Source: Terriglobia bacterium
GTDB taxonomy: Bacteria; Acidobacteriota; Terriglobia; 20CM-2-55-15
Assembly (NCBI GenBank): GCA_963664115.2
Contig: CAXWPJ010000002.1
Coordinates: 544,001 to 608,000 of the forward strand
Direction: 5' to 3'
Length of the DNA: 64,000 bases
The notes beneath the pieces are model-generated. The model saw nothing but the letters and a program-made list of their open reading frames with translations. It was not told the DNA's origin and did no database searches. Of this stretch, positions 29,261 through 39,239 are shown in pieces; position 1 is the first letter of the stretch, and each line of letters starts with the position of its first letter. A program made the translations under genes and the position numbers.

Positions 29261-29479
29261 TCAGGACACTGAAGGGGATGTCCTGGGGAAATCATGCATA
29301 TCCAGCAACTGGTCCAACTGGTCGACGTACTCGGATTCCTGACCGCTTACCTGCTCGATCGCAGCAGACAACTGCTGGACTTCTTTCGGATCGAGGTGGC
29401 TCATGATTTGAGAGGCAAGGTCTTCGCCAAGCAGGACCATGAGCGCTGCAGCAGAGTTCTTCCTCGCCTCTAGTTCCAT
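29261..29479 (-). CDS. Stand-alone FliG N-terminal-domain-like small protein (or fliG remnant)
   Basis: AAALMVLLGEDLASQIMSHLDPKEVQQLSAAI resembles FliG N-termini ([29 protein letters not shown]). Confidence 0.6.
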   Translation of the reverse strand: MELEARKNSAAALMVLLGEDLASQIMSHLDPKEVQQLSAAIEQVSGQESEYVDQLDQLLDMHDFPRTSPSVS

Positions 29480-29628
29480 ACCCTGCTATTCGGCATAAAT
29501 CGATCCAGGCATTACTCCTGAATCCAAAAATGCCGCCAAAGCACAGCAATTTTCGTGGGGAGAATCGCCCGTGACCTTTTCCAAGGACGGACGTATAATC
29601 CCGGGCAGGAATAACAGGAGGATGTTCT

Positions 29629-30072
29629 ATGACTTACAGAGTTTTTGTTCTGGCGGCTGCACTCTTGATTGCACTACCCGCCGCCGCCCAGAATGCAGGC
29701 GGTCGATGGAGGGCGACGGTACTCGGACCTGGCGGAGAGGTATCGATGGTGTTTAACTTCGAAGTGAATGAAAACGAACTGAGCGGGACCATTTCGATGG
29801 GGCCGATATTCGGAGCCCCTATCGAAGAAGGAATGGTTGATGGCAACCAGATCTCGTTCAAGCAAACGATTCAAGGCCGTGGCGGCGGTAGCGGCACACT
29901 CACGCTGGACTATAGCGGGACAGTAAGCGGTGACGAGATTGCATTCACTCGAGTTTCCGCAACCGGAGGCGGCGGAGGCGATGGTGACGGTGGCGGGCGT
30001 GGTGGCCGGGGTGGCCGGGGACGCGCTGACCTCCGTGACGAAATCGAATTTACTGCCGAACGGGTGCAGTAA
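29629..30072 (+). CDS. Secreted hypothetical beta-rich protein with Gly/Arg-rich loop
   Basis: AGGAGG RBS, signal peptide (ALPAAA), G.W, GGRGGRGGRG. Confidence 0.75.
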   Translation: MTYRVFVLAAALLIALPAAAQNAGGRWRATVLGPGGEVSMVFNFEVNENELSGTISMGPIFGAPIEEGMVDGNQISFKQTIQGRGGGSGTLTLDYSGTVSGDEIAFTRVSATGGGGGDGDGGGRGGRGGRGRADLRDEIEFTAERVQ

Positions 30073-30191
30073 GTCCGCCGGAACTCGCGTCTTCCCTGCA
30101 GATCAGCCCGATCAGGGCCGACCGGGTGATACCGGCCAACCATCCTCCTAAAAGCTCAAATTCAGAAGTTAAAAGTGAACGGCGAGGATCG

Positions 30192-30940
30192 TGTACGTCG
30201 TCAGAATAATTCGGACAAAAAGACCATTTAGCTAAGAGACGATTTTGAAGTTATACCACTCCCATCCTAAGGTTCTCGATTTTGCGTCGAGCCAGCGTTT
30301 TTCTTTTGATCTGGTCACGACGTGCAAGGATCTGCTGATCCCTCCCGAAGAACACGTCAGCCGGTGTCACGTTGTTCAGAGATTCGTGATACCGATGGTG
30401 GTTGTAGTGTTCGACCCATTGCGCGATCGCCTGCTCAAGTTCCCACGGATAATAGTAGTGTTCCAACTTGACCACGTTCTTCATCGAACGGTGATAGCGT
30501 TCGATCTTGCCCTGTGTCATCGGGTGATAGGGCGCACCCCGGGTGTGTTCCATACCACGACGTTGTAAATAGTCTTTGAGTTCGTGCGATACGTAGCAGG
30601 GGCCGTTGTCGCTCAACAATCGCGGTCGGTGCCGGACTTGTACTTGTCCGACATCTGTCGCCTGTAGTGCAACGTCCAGCGTGTCCTGAACGTCAGATGC
30701 GGCCATGGTTTGAAAGAGCTTCCAGGCGATGATGTAGCGAGAGTAATCGTCCAGCACGGTCGACAGGTAGTACCAACCCCAACCGACGACCCTGAAGTAA
30801 GTGAAATCAGTTTGCCAGAGTTCGTTCACACGCCGGGTTGGCTGCTGGAAGTGATCGCTGGCCGTCATCACGATGTATGCGGGACTGGTGATCAGGTCGC
30901 ATCTCTTCAGAATCCGATACACGCTGGATTCGGAGATGAA
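30192..30940 (-). mobile_element. Truncated IS3/IS481-type element (integrase core and one end)
   Basis: ORF 30251-30922 with WQTDFTY, LDDYSR, SDNG, GKIERYH; terminal TGTACGTCGTCAG at 30192; N-terminal half missing. Confidence 0.85.
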
Positions 30941-31162
30941 GGGCTACAACAGCAACGAGTGCACTCACCTATTGGTGACTTAAAGGATTCGGGAGCGCAA
31001 CCGCCGGACCGGCCCCCCCACGCCGGAGGCATTCATCAGCGTCGGGGTCACTGTTCTCTCAGAATCCACGATCGGACTGCGTCACTCATTACCGGTCACC
31101 TCCTTCGATAACCTGCCACCGCGCTTCCTGCTAAACTGACTGCAAAAGAAGGGAGGACACGG

Positions 31163-33586
31163 ATGAGTGTTCCCGCGGAACTTACTGCCGATGCGCTCTA
31201 CAGGCGCTCGGACCCTAAGGCGTTCGATTTCAAGACGACAGCTGATATAGAAGATGATCTAGAAATCGTCGGTCAGCCGCGTGCTGTCGAGTCCGTCCGC
31301 TTCGCGGTGGGAATGACGCACGAGGGATACAACATCTTCGCGCTGGGCCCTCCCGGGACCGGACGTCAATTTATCATCGAGCACTTCCTGAACGAAGAAG
31401 CCGCCAACCGTCCAGTTCCGTCGGATCTCTGCTACGTCAGCAATTTTAAAGAACCTAACAAACCCAAGCTTCTCCAACTTCCAAAAGGCATCGCCAACGA
31501 ACTGAAGAACGATATGAGCGAGTTGGTTGAAGAAATATTAACGATGCTGCCCGCCGCTTTCGAAAGCGAAGAGTATCAGGCTCGATTGCACTCGACCCAG
31601 CAGGACTTCAAGGAACAACACGAACACAAACTCGAAGGGCTTCAGGAGGATGCCAAAGCGAAGGGCTATAGCATGTTGCAAACGCCGGCCGGCGTCGTCT
31701 TCGCACCCCTCAAGGATGGCGAAGTCGTATCACAGGAGGCTTTTCAGGAACTCGCGGCAGAGGAACAAGACCGTCTGGAAAAGGAAGTCGAGGACTTACA
31801 GCAGGCGCTGCAAGCCATTCTTCGCCGCGTGCCCCGAATGGAACGAGAACTACGGGGACGACTCCGGGAGCTCCAGAAGGAAATCACAGAATTTTCCGTA
31901 GGACACTTGATCGACGAACTGAGGGAAAAATATGCCGCCCTCCCACCCATCCTGTCTCACCTCGACGCGGTCCAGGACGATCTGATCCACCACGCGCGTG
32001 ATTTCATCCAGCCGCGGGATCCACAGACGGGGGTGGCGCCGTCTCAGGATGGCACGATGGTAGTCCGGCGCTACGGGGTCAACGTCCTCGTCGACCACAC
32101 GGATACCGAAGGCGCTCCTGTGGTTTACGAGGATCATCCCGTCCATGAGAACCTCGTGGGACGGATCGAACACGAGTCGCAGATGGGCACGCTGGTGACC
32201 GACTTCAACCTCATCAAACCCGGCGCCATCCACCGGGCCAATGGCGGTTTCCTGATCATGGATGCCCGTCGCGTGCTGATGCAGCCCTATGCCTGGGAAG
32301 GCCTGAAGCGAACCCTGAAGTCCAGGCAAATTCGCATCGAATCCCCGGGACAGGCACTGGGTATGGTCAGTACGGTGTCGCTGGAGCCTGAACCGGCGCC
32401 TCTGGACATCAAAGTTGTGCTGATCGGCGATCGCACGCTGTATTACCTGTTATGTCAACACGATCCGGATTTTGGAGGTCTCTTCAAAGTCGCAGCCGAC
32501 TTCGACGATCGACTCGACCGCAGTGAGGAAAACGAAAATTTGTATGCGCGTCTCATCGCGGGCCTGATCCGGAAGGATGCGTTGCGGCCCTTCGAGAGCG
32601 GGGCCGTAGCGCGTGCGATCGAGCACAGTGCACGTTTGGTGGGAGATTCCGAACGCCTCAGCGGACACATCGGAACTCTCGGAGATCTGCTACGGGAATG
32701 TGACTACTGGGCCAAGATTTCCGGCAAAGACACCGTCTCGGACGTAGAAGTCGACAAGGCGATCGACGCACAGGTGCGACGCGTCGACCGGATTCGGGAG
32801 CGGCTACAGGAAGAAGTCCTCAGAGAAACCGTTTCCATCGACACGGCCGGAACCCATGTGGGGCAGGTCAATGGGCTGGCAGTACTCCAAATGGGAGACT
32901 TCGCTTTTGGTAAAGCCAGTCGAATTACCGCGCGAATCCGCCTGGGAAAGGGAGAGGTTCTTGACATCGAACGGGAGGTCGAACTCAGCGGGCCAATCCA
33001 TTCCAAAGGCGTACTGATCCTGTCGGGCTACCTCGGTGCCCGCTACGCGGCCGAGCGGCCCTTGTCGCTTTCAGCGACACTGGTCTTCGAACAGTCCTAC
33101 AGCGGTGTCGACGGAGACAGCGCCTCTTCAACTGAACTCTATGCCCTGCTCTCTGCGATCTCCGGCGTTGAGATCAAACAGTCTCTGGCTGTTACCGGAT
33201 CCGTCAACCAGTATGGCCAGGTTCAAGCGATCGGTGGGGCCAACCATAAGATCGAAGGTTTTTTCGATTTGTGTCAAGCCCGCGGTTTGACCGGAGACCA
33301 GGGCGTTTTGATTCCTCGATCGAACGTCAAACATCTCATGTTACGACGGGATGTCGTCGAGGCAGTCGCGGCCGGACAATTTCATATTTACCCCGTCGAA
33401 ACGATCGACGAAGGAATCGAATTACTGACCGAAGTCGAAGCCGGTACGGCTGATGAGGCGGGGAAGTTCTCCCCTGAGAGTATTAACGGCCGAGTCGAGC
33501 GGCGTTTGAAGGAACTATCCGAGGTTCAGATCGCGTTCAACAAGTCCCAAGGAGAACCCGATTCTCAAACGAAAGACGGCCGATGA
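31163..33586 (+). CDS. Lon-like ATP-dependent protease (AAA domain plus S16 protease domain)
   Basis: GPPGTGR, PGAIHRANGG, GQVNGL, FEQSYSGVDGDSAS (catalytic Ser), KIEGF. Confidence 0.92.
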   Translation: MSVPAELTADALYRRSDPKAFDFKTTADIEDDLEIVGQPRAVESVRFAVGMTHEGYNIFALGPPGTGRQFIIEHFLNEEAANRPVPSDLCYVSNFKEPNKPKLLQLPKGIANELKNDMSELVEEILTMLPAAFESEEYQARLHSTQQDFKEQHEHKLEGLQEDAKAKGYSMLQTPAGVVFAPLKDGEVVSQEAFQELAAEEQDRLEKEVEDLQQALQAILRRVPRMERELRGRLRELQKEITEFSVGHLIDELREKYAALPPILSHLDAVQDDLIHHARDFIQPRDPQTGVAPSQDGTMVVRRYGVNVLVDHTDTEGAPVVYEDHPVHENLVGRIEHESQMGTLVTDFNLIKPGAIHRANGGFLIMDARRVLMQPYAWEGLKRTLKSRQIRIESPGQALGMVSTVSLEPEPAPLDIKVVLIGDRTLYYLLCQHDPDFGGLFKVAADFDDRLDRSEENENLYARLIAGLIRKDALRPFESGAVARAIEHSARLVGDSERLSGHIGTLGDLLRECDYWAKISGKDTVSDVEVDKAIDAQVRRVDRIRERLQEEVLRETVSIDTAGTHVGQVNGLAVLQMGDFAFGKASRITARIRLGKGEVLDIEREVELSGPIHSKGVLILSGYLGARYAAERPLSLSATLVFEQSYSGVDGDSASSTELYALLSAISGVEIKQSLAVTGSVNQYGQVQAIGGANHKIEGFFDLCQARGLTGDQGVLIPRSNVKHLMLRRDVVEAVAAGQFHIYPVETIDEGIELLTEVEAGTADEAGKFSPESINGRVERRLKELSEVQIAFNKSQGEPDSQTKDGR

Positions 33587-34443
33587 CGGGGGGGAGCAGG
33601 CCGGGTGGGGAGGAGGGCCGGGTGGGCCGCATTCTCGTCGCGCTGGACGCGTCACCAGCCAGCCTGGCAGCCCTGGAAGTGGCAGCACGACTGGGTGCGG
33701 CATTGAAGGGCGAACTGTATGGAATTTACGTGGAAGAGGAAACCTTGCTCCGCGGGGCCGAGTTGCCCATCACGAGCGCGGTCGGATCCTTTTCAGGCGC
33801 AATTCGCCAGGTCGAACGGCCGGAGCTCGAAAGGCACATGAGGACACAGGCAGCAAAAGCCAAACATGCCCTGGAATCCATTGCCGTCCAGGCGCAACTG
33901 CCCTGGTCCTTTCGCGTCGCCCGAGGTGCGGTCGCTGAAGAGCTTCTCCGGGCAGCCGATGATGCGGACTTGATCAGCCTGGGACGCTGCGGTTGGTCCT
34001 TGATCGAGTCCCACCGCATTGGAACGACAACCCAAACGATCCTTGCACGAACAGATACCCCAGTCCTCTTGCTCCGTCGCAGGCTTCGCATGGGACAATC
34101 CGTGGTCACGGTTTACGACGGCAGCGAAGCGGCCCGAGCCGCGCTTAGACTGGCCACTGCAATTGCCTACGACGTAGTCACCCCCCTGGTGATCGTCTTT
34201 CCGACCACCGGCAATCCCGCCGACGAGCTCAGGCTGAGCGTCCAAAGTGAGTTTGAAGTGCTGGGCGTCAATCGCAGTGTTCGGTACCGAACAGTAGTCC
34301 ATAGGGATGCTGCTCTGTTGGAAGCCGTGACTCAGGGGGAAGACGCGGGAATTCTGATACTTCCAACGGGTGACGTCTTCGATAAAGGCTTTAACGAACT
34401 CCTCACTCACCTTGAATGCCCCCTACTGGTCGTCAGACGATAG
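33583..34443 (+). CDS. Universal stress protein (tandem USP)
   Basis: RILVALDAS, GTTTQTIL....PVLLL, YDGS, CPLLVV; start overlaps the Lon-like stop. Confidence 0.85.
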   Translation: MTGGSRPGGEEGRVGRILVALDASPASLAALEVAARLGAALKGELYGIYVEEETLLRGAELPITSAVGSFSGAIRQVERPELERHMRTQAAKAKHALESIAVQAQLPWSFRVARGAVAEELLRAADDADLISLGRCGWSLIESHRIGTTTQTILARTDTPVLLLRRRLRMGQSVVTVYDGSEAARAALRLATAIAYDVVTPLVIVFPTTGNPADELRLSVQSEFEVLGVNRSVRYRTVVHRDAALLEAVTQGEDAGILILPTGDVFDKGFNELLTHLECPLLVVRR

Positions 34444-34549
34444 TTCCTCTGTAAATAGTCGATGTATCTGCTTTTTAACCCTACAGGTCCGTTATTCGGA
34501 ACCCGATAAGTGAGATTGAGAAGTACAAAAAGACAGGGGAACCGTAACA

Positions 34550-36187
34550 ATGGCGCACGACCTGGGATCAGATTCCCATGACCCACAACCTGAGGAATAC
34601 TCTGAGTTCCGTGACATTACCGACGCCAATCCCGACGGTGTAGTCATCGTCAACAGCGCAGGCCAGATTCTTTTCGCGAATCCATCAGCCGCACAGCTCT
34701 TTGGCCGGTCGGCCCAAGAATTGAAAGGAACGGTATTCGGCTATCCCGTCATGGCGGCGGATCGCACGGAGCTGACAATAGCCACGCGGCAGGTTGAGAT
34801 GCGCGTCGCACGGGCCACGTGGGACGGAGAATCCGCTTTCCTTGCCTCGCTCCGGGATGTCACAAAACGGGCGCAGGCCGAAGCAAGCATGATGAGCCTG
34901 AGCACGGCACTCGAAGAAGCCAATCAGCAACTGCAGAAACTGTCAACAATTGATCCGCTAACGGAAACTCTGAATCGACGCGGGATCGAAAACGCGCTGT
35001 GGAACGAACTGGAAAGGGACCGGCGATCGGGATCGAATCTGGTTGCGGTCCTGCTTTCATGTGACGACCTCAAGAGCATCATCGAAAAGCTGGGCCATGC
35101 GGTCGGCGACGTCCTGCTCAAGACGATCGCGGAACGTCTAAAAACGGCCCTGCGCCCTTCAGACCAGATTGCAAGAATTTCCAGAGATAAGTTTCTAGTG
35201 TTGCTACCCGACACGCGGACTGCAGAAGGCCGTCAAGTTTCCGAAAAACTGCGTCACGCGGTATGGGCCTCTCCACTGGCCCTGTCGCCACATCCCTTGA
35301 GCGTGTACATGGGCGTCGCCGTCGTGCAGGCACCGAAAGAAACGTGTTCGATCGAAGAAATTCTCGAACTTGCCCACAGCGCACTCAAGACCGATTCTCA
35401 GCCTGAAGAAGCGGCCGCCCCCCGAACGGCGATCTCCACTACTGTCACGTCCCAGGTACCGAGCGTGTCTGACCTCACGACTGCGATAGAAAATGGCAGC
35501 TTTCACGCTGTGTCCCAGCCAATAATGGAGCTGGCTGGAGAGGAAGTCGTGGGCCACGAACTCCTGAGCCGCGGCCCGATAGGAGCCCTGGAGATGCCAG
35601 TCGACTTCTTCAGGCTCGCGCTGGAATCCAATATGCTGGCATCGGTCGACCTCTCATGCCTCAAGGCCTGCGTTGCCGTCAGCAAGCGCCTGATGCCCAG
35701 AGGCAAGTTGCATCTGAATCTATTTCCCTCAACCATCCTGGGAACTCCAAGCGAACGCTTGATGGATCTCCTCGCCGACACCGATGAAGCGGTGACTTTC
35801 TGCATCGAAATCAGCGAGCAACAGTTCATTGGGGATCCCGCATGCCTCCGTGAACACGTCGCTGCATTCAAGGCAAAAGGCATCGAGGTCTCCATCGACG
35901 ACGTAGGATTCGGCCGCAGCTGCCTGGAAACCCTGATCATGCTGGAGCCTGACGTCGTGAAAATCGACCGAGCCTACGTCGACGGCGCCTCGAAGGATCC
36001 AAACAAGAGACGGCTGCTCTCTCGGCTGGTCAAGGTATCCAAAGCACTGGGAGCGGAAATCGTTGCCGAAGGCATCGAATCCCGTGACGATCTTGAACTG
36101 CTCCGGGATTATGGAGTTCGTTACGGCCAGGGGTGGTTGTGGGGAAAGCCGGACTGTTCCTACATCGAATACCCGATAGCATCTTGA
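34550..36187 (+). CDS. PAS-GGDEF(degenerate)-EAL protein, probable c-di-GMP phosphodiesterase
   Basis: PAS (N.SA.QLFG); GGDEF site reads SRDKF; EAL motifs ELLSR, EISE, IDDVGFG, KIDR, AEGIE, GQG. Confidence 0.88.
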   Translation: MAHDLGSDSHDPQPEEYSEFRDITDANPDGVVIVNSAGQILFANPSAAQLFGRSAQELKGTVFGYPVMAADRTELTIATRQVEMRVARATWDGESAFLASLRDVTKRAQAEASMMSLSTALEEANQQLQKLSTIDPLTETLNRRGIENALWNELERDRRSGSNLVAVLLSCDDLKSIIEKLGHAVGDVLLKTIAERLKTALRPSDQIARISRDKFLVLLPDTRTAEGRQVSEKLRHAVWASPLALSPHPLSVYMGVAVVQAPKETCSIEEILELAHSALKTDSQPEEAAAPRTAISTTVTSQVPSVSDLTTAIENGSFHAVSQPIMELAGEEVVGHELLSRGPIGALEMPVDFFRLALESNMLASVDLSCLKACVAVSKRLMPRGKLHLNLFPSTILGTPSERLMDLLADTDEAVTFCIEISEQQFIGDPACLREHVAAFKAKGIEVSIDDVGFGRSCLETLIMLEPDVVKIDRAYVDGASKDPNKRRLLSRLVKVSKALGAEIVAEGIESRDDLELLRDYGVRYGQGWLWGKPDCSYIEYPIAS

Positions 36188-36191
36188 TAGA

Positions 36192-36278
36192 AAATGGGGT
36201 CAGAGCCCTAATTCCCCAATTTACCTCTACAGTTATTAGAGTTCTAAAAATTGGGGAATTAGGGCTCTGACCCCATTT
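36192..36278. repeat. Perfect 31-bp inverted repeat (REP/REPIN-like) between convergent genes
   Basis: AAATGGGGTCAGAGCCCTAATTCCCCAATTT (36192-36222) and its exact reverse complement (36248-36278). Confidence 0.9.
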
Positions 36279-36304
36279 CTACATCCCGCCTGGTCAAGAA
36301 GAAG

Positions 36305-37147
36305 CTAGAAGAGAGCTGTCGAACGTCGTTTCCAATCTTTACCTTTGTCGGATGCGATTCCCTCCATGGCCTCAACGTGGCTGCCACTCTGCGTGAGGAC
36401 ATGATGCAAATCGTTGCCTATGCTGATGAACGTGAAGTCTTTCTCCAGGAATTCGCCTACACGATCGGTTCCGAACAGGAACAACCCTAGAATAACGTTG
36501 TTCTTTTGAGCCGCTGCTCGCAGCTTGTCGGTGGCTTCCTGGAGTTCGTCCGAAGTGTACATCAGGGGAAATTCGTACTTCTCGTAGAGCCCCATAGACA
36601 TACACAGGTCATTCTGCCCGAGGAACAGAATGTCCACTCCAGGTACTGCGGCGATCTCGTCCATGTTCTTGATACAGTCTGCCGTTTCGACCTGCAGAGC
36701 GACGATAACGTTGTCGTTGGCCGCACCCGCATATCCCAACAAGCCCTCTTTGTTCATACTTCTCTGTGGGAAGTAAACAGATCGGGTTCCGGCCGTCGGA
36801 TACCGGCAGCAACTGACGGCCTGGCGGGCCTCGTCCGCGGTGTTGATATACGGCACCAGAACTCCGGTAGCCCCGTCATCGAGCGACTGCTGAATTCCTG
36901 CGCGATCGCTGTAGCCAGTTACTCGGACCAAGGAAATCGCCCCACCACTGGATACGCCCCCAATCATCGTCGCGAGGGTTTCATATCCCATCGGGCCGTG
37001 CTGGTTATCCACAAGGAGCCAGTCGTAGCCGCTGTAGGCCAGTTGCTCCGCGACAGTAGGACTGTGTGCGTTCAGGAACAGGCCCATCTTGGGACTGCCC
37101 CCCCGCAACTGCTTCTTGAAATCGGCGCCGGTCAGCATTTCACTCAT
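36305..37147 (-). CDS. HpcH/HpaI aldolase family protein
   Basis: GYDWLLVD.QHG, LD.GA.GVLVP, QVET, FLG.NDL. Confidence 0.88.
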   Translation of the reverse strand: MSEMLTGADFKKQLRGGSPKMGLFLNAHSPTVAEQLAYSGYDWLLVDNQHGPMGYETLATMIGGVSSGGAISLVRVTGYSDRAGIQQSLDDGATGVLVPYINTADEARQAVSCCRYPTAGTRSVYFPQRSMNKEGLLGYAGAANDNVIVALQVETADCIKNMDEIAAVPGVDILFLGQNDLCMSMGLYEKYEFPLMYTSDELQEATDKLRAAAQKNNVILGLFLFGTDRVGEFLEKDFTFISIGNDLHHVLTQSGSHVEAMEGIASDKGKDWKRRSTALF

Positions 37148-37457
37148 TAGCTAGTCTCCCTTCATATGTAATCTCTCTCGAATTACCTGCGGTGCTGGCC
37201 GCATATATTAGTACGCCTGAGAGCATCAGTCCACGAACAGCGGATACATACTCAAAATTTAGCAGGTTTCCCCCGCACCGATCCGACGGAGGAGAGGGCT
37301 TGCAAAATATCGAAGCGAGCCCATGCGTCCGAAGAAGATGATTGGATCAAGAAAATCACCTGCATTTTAATTCCGATTAACCGACAGGTATTCCATCGAG
37401 AAGGGTTCCCGAGCTACAATGGGGAGTTGGTCTGGTCCCTGTGGGCTTGTCTTTCAT

Positions 37458-39095
37458 ATGCAGCTTTCAGTAAATAACGTGACGATGCGCTACGGCGCCC
37501 GCTTCCTGTTTGAAGAAGTCAATGCCAACTTTATTTCCGGAAGGCGTTACGCGATTACCGGGCCGAACGGCGCAGGCAAGTCCACGCTGATGAAGATTCT
37601 GACCGGTGAGATCGATTCTTCGAAGGGATCGGTGACGCGGCCCAAGAAAATGGGAGTCCTCTCCCAGGATCATTTTGCCTTTGACGCGCATCGTGTGATG
37701 GATGCGGTGATCATGGGAAATCCCGGATTGTGGGAAGCCCTTAGAGAGCGCGCCGCTCTGTACGCCAAAGATCCCAGCACTCTGACCGACGATGATGGAA
37801 TGCGCATTGGCGAACTTGAAGGCATCGTCGGCGACGAAGGCGGCTACACCGCGGATGTCGACGCCTCCATTTTGTTGAACGGCCTGGACATACCTGACAA
37901 CTTTCACGACCGCAAGATGAGCGAGCTGCAGGGCGGCCGGAAAGTCCGAGTCCTGCTCGCGCAGGCCCTGTTCGGCAGTCCGGAAGTGTTGCTGTTGGAC
38001 GAGCCCACCAACAACCTCGACCTCGATTCGATTCACTGGTTGCAAAACTATCTTCGCGCGTATGCCGGATGCCTGATCGTAATTTCGCACGATCGTCATT
38101 TTCTCAACGACGTCTGCACACATGTTGCAGACATCGACTACCAGACAGTGATTACCTACACCGGTGGCTACGACGACATGGTGCTGGCGAAAACACAGGT
38201 GCGCGCCCGGATCGAATCCGGCAATGCTCAGCGTGAAAAAAAGATTGCGCAGTTGCGGGAATTTATTTCCCGCTTCGCGGCCGGCACCCGTTCATCGCAG
38301 GTGCAGTCCCGGAAGAAAGAAGTGGAACGGCTTCAGACCTCTGTCCTCGCGAAGTCCAATATTCAACGCCCGTTCATTCGATTCGACGTCGTGCGGCCCT
38401 CAGGAAGACATCCGCTGGAAATCGAGGGACTCACGAAATCCTATGGCGGCGCGGCCGGCAAATTGGATGTGTTCGGGGATTTCCTTGCCTCGGTGAGCCG
38501 CGGCGAAAAGATCGCCATAATCGGAAGAAACGGCGTCGGGAAGACCACGCTTTTAAAATCGCTGATTCGGAACGCCACCGGTTTTATTGATGCCCCCGAT
38601 CAGGCGTTCCCCCTCGATTCCGGAGAGGTGAACTGGGGACATGAAGTCAGTGTCGGGTACTTTGCGCAGGATCACCGGGACTCTATTCCAAACGGCGTCA
38701 GCGTTATCGAATGGCTGCACAGCTTCGATCCCAGCGCTTCCCAAGAAGAGCTGCGTGGCCTACTCGGCCAGATGCTCTTCAGCGGCGACGATGCGCTCAA
38801 GAAGACGGATGCCCTTTCCGGAGGCGAAGCGGCGCGGATCATTTTCTGCCGCCTGATGCTGCAGAAGCCCAACTTCCTGATTCTGGACGAGCCAACCAAC
38901 CACCTGGATCTGGAAGCCATCAATGCCCTCAACTTCGCGCTGCAGCGCTACCCGGGTACTCTGTTGCTCGTGACTCACGATCATGACGTGATCGACGAAG
39001 TCGCTACCCGCATCTGGAACTTCGACCATGGACGGATCGAGGATTTCAAAGGGACCTACGGGCAGTTCCTCTCCGAGTCTGCACAACTGGTATAA
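37458..39095 (+). CDS. ABC-F family ATPase (YbiT-like)
   Basis: Two ABC cassettes (GPNGAGKST, GRNGVGKTT, LLDEPTN), no TM segments. Confidence 0.9.
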   Translation: MQLSVNNVTMRYGARFLFEEVNANFISGRRYAITGPNGAGKSTLMKILTGEIDSSKGSVTRPKKMGVLSQDHFAFDAHRVMDAVIMGNPGLWEALRERAALYAKDPSTLTDDDGMRIGELEGIVGDEGGYTADVDASILLNGLDIPDNFHDRKMSELQGGRKVRVLLAQALFGSPEVLLLDEPTNNLDLDSIHWLQNYLRAYAGCLIVISHDRHFLNDVCTHVADIDYQTVITYTGGYDDMVLAKTQVRARIESGNAQREKKIAQLREFISRFAAGTRSSQVQSRKKEVERLQTSVLAKSNIQRPFIRFDVVRPSGRHPLEIEGLTKSYGGAAGKLDVFGDFLASVSRGEKIAIIGRNGVGKTTLLKSLIRNATGFIDAPDQAFPLDSGEVNWGHEVSVGYFAQDHRDSIPNGVSVIEWLHSFDPSASQEELRGLLGQMLFSGDDALKKTDALSGGEAARIIFCRLMLQKPNFLILDEPTNHLDLEAINALNFALQRYPGTLLLVTHDHDVIDEVATRIWNFDHGRIEDFKGTYGQFLSESAQLV

Positions 39096-39239
39096 GCGCA
39101 CCCGCATCCGTGCTTCGTCTGGGTCCACTGAACATTTCGCTTCCCGGGATCGGGGCCGCAGTTGAAGCCCTGGGAATCGCCGCAGGACTGAGTCGCCACT
39201 GGAGCCGAACAGCACCCACGCCTTCAGTTCGAGTTACCA

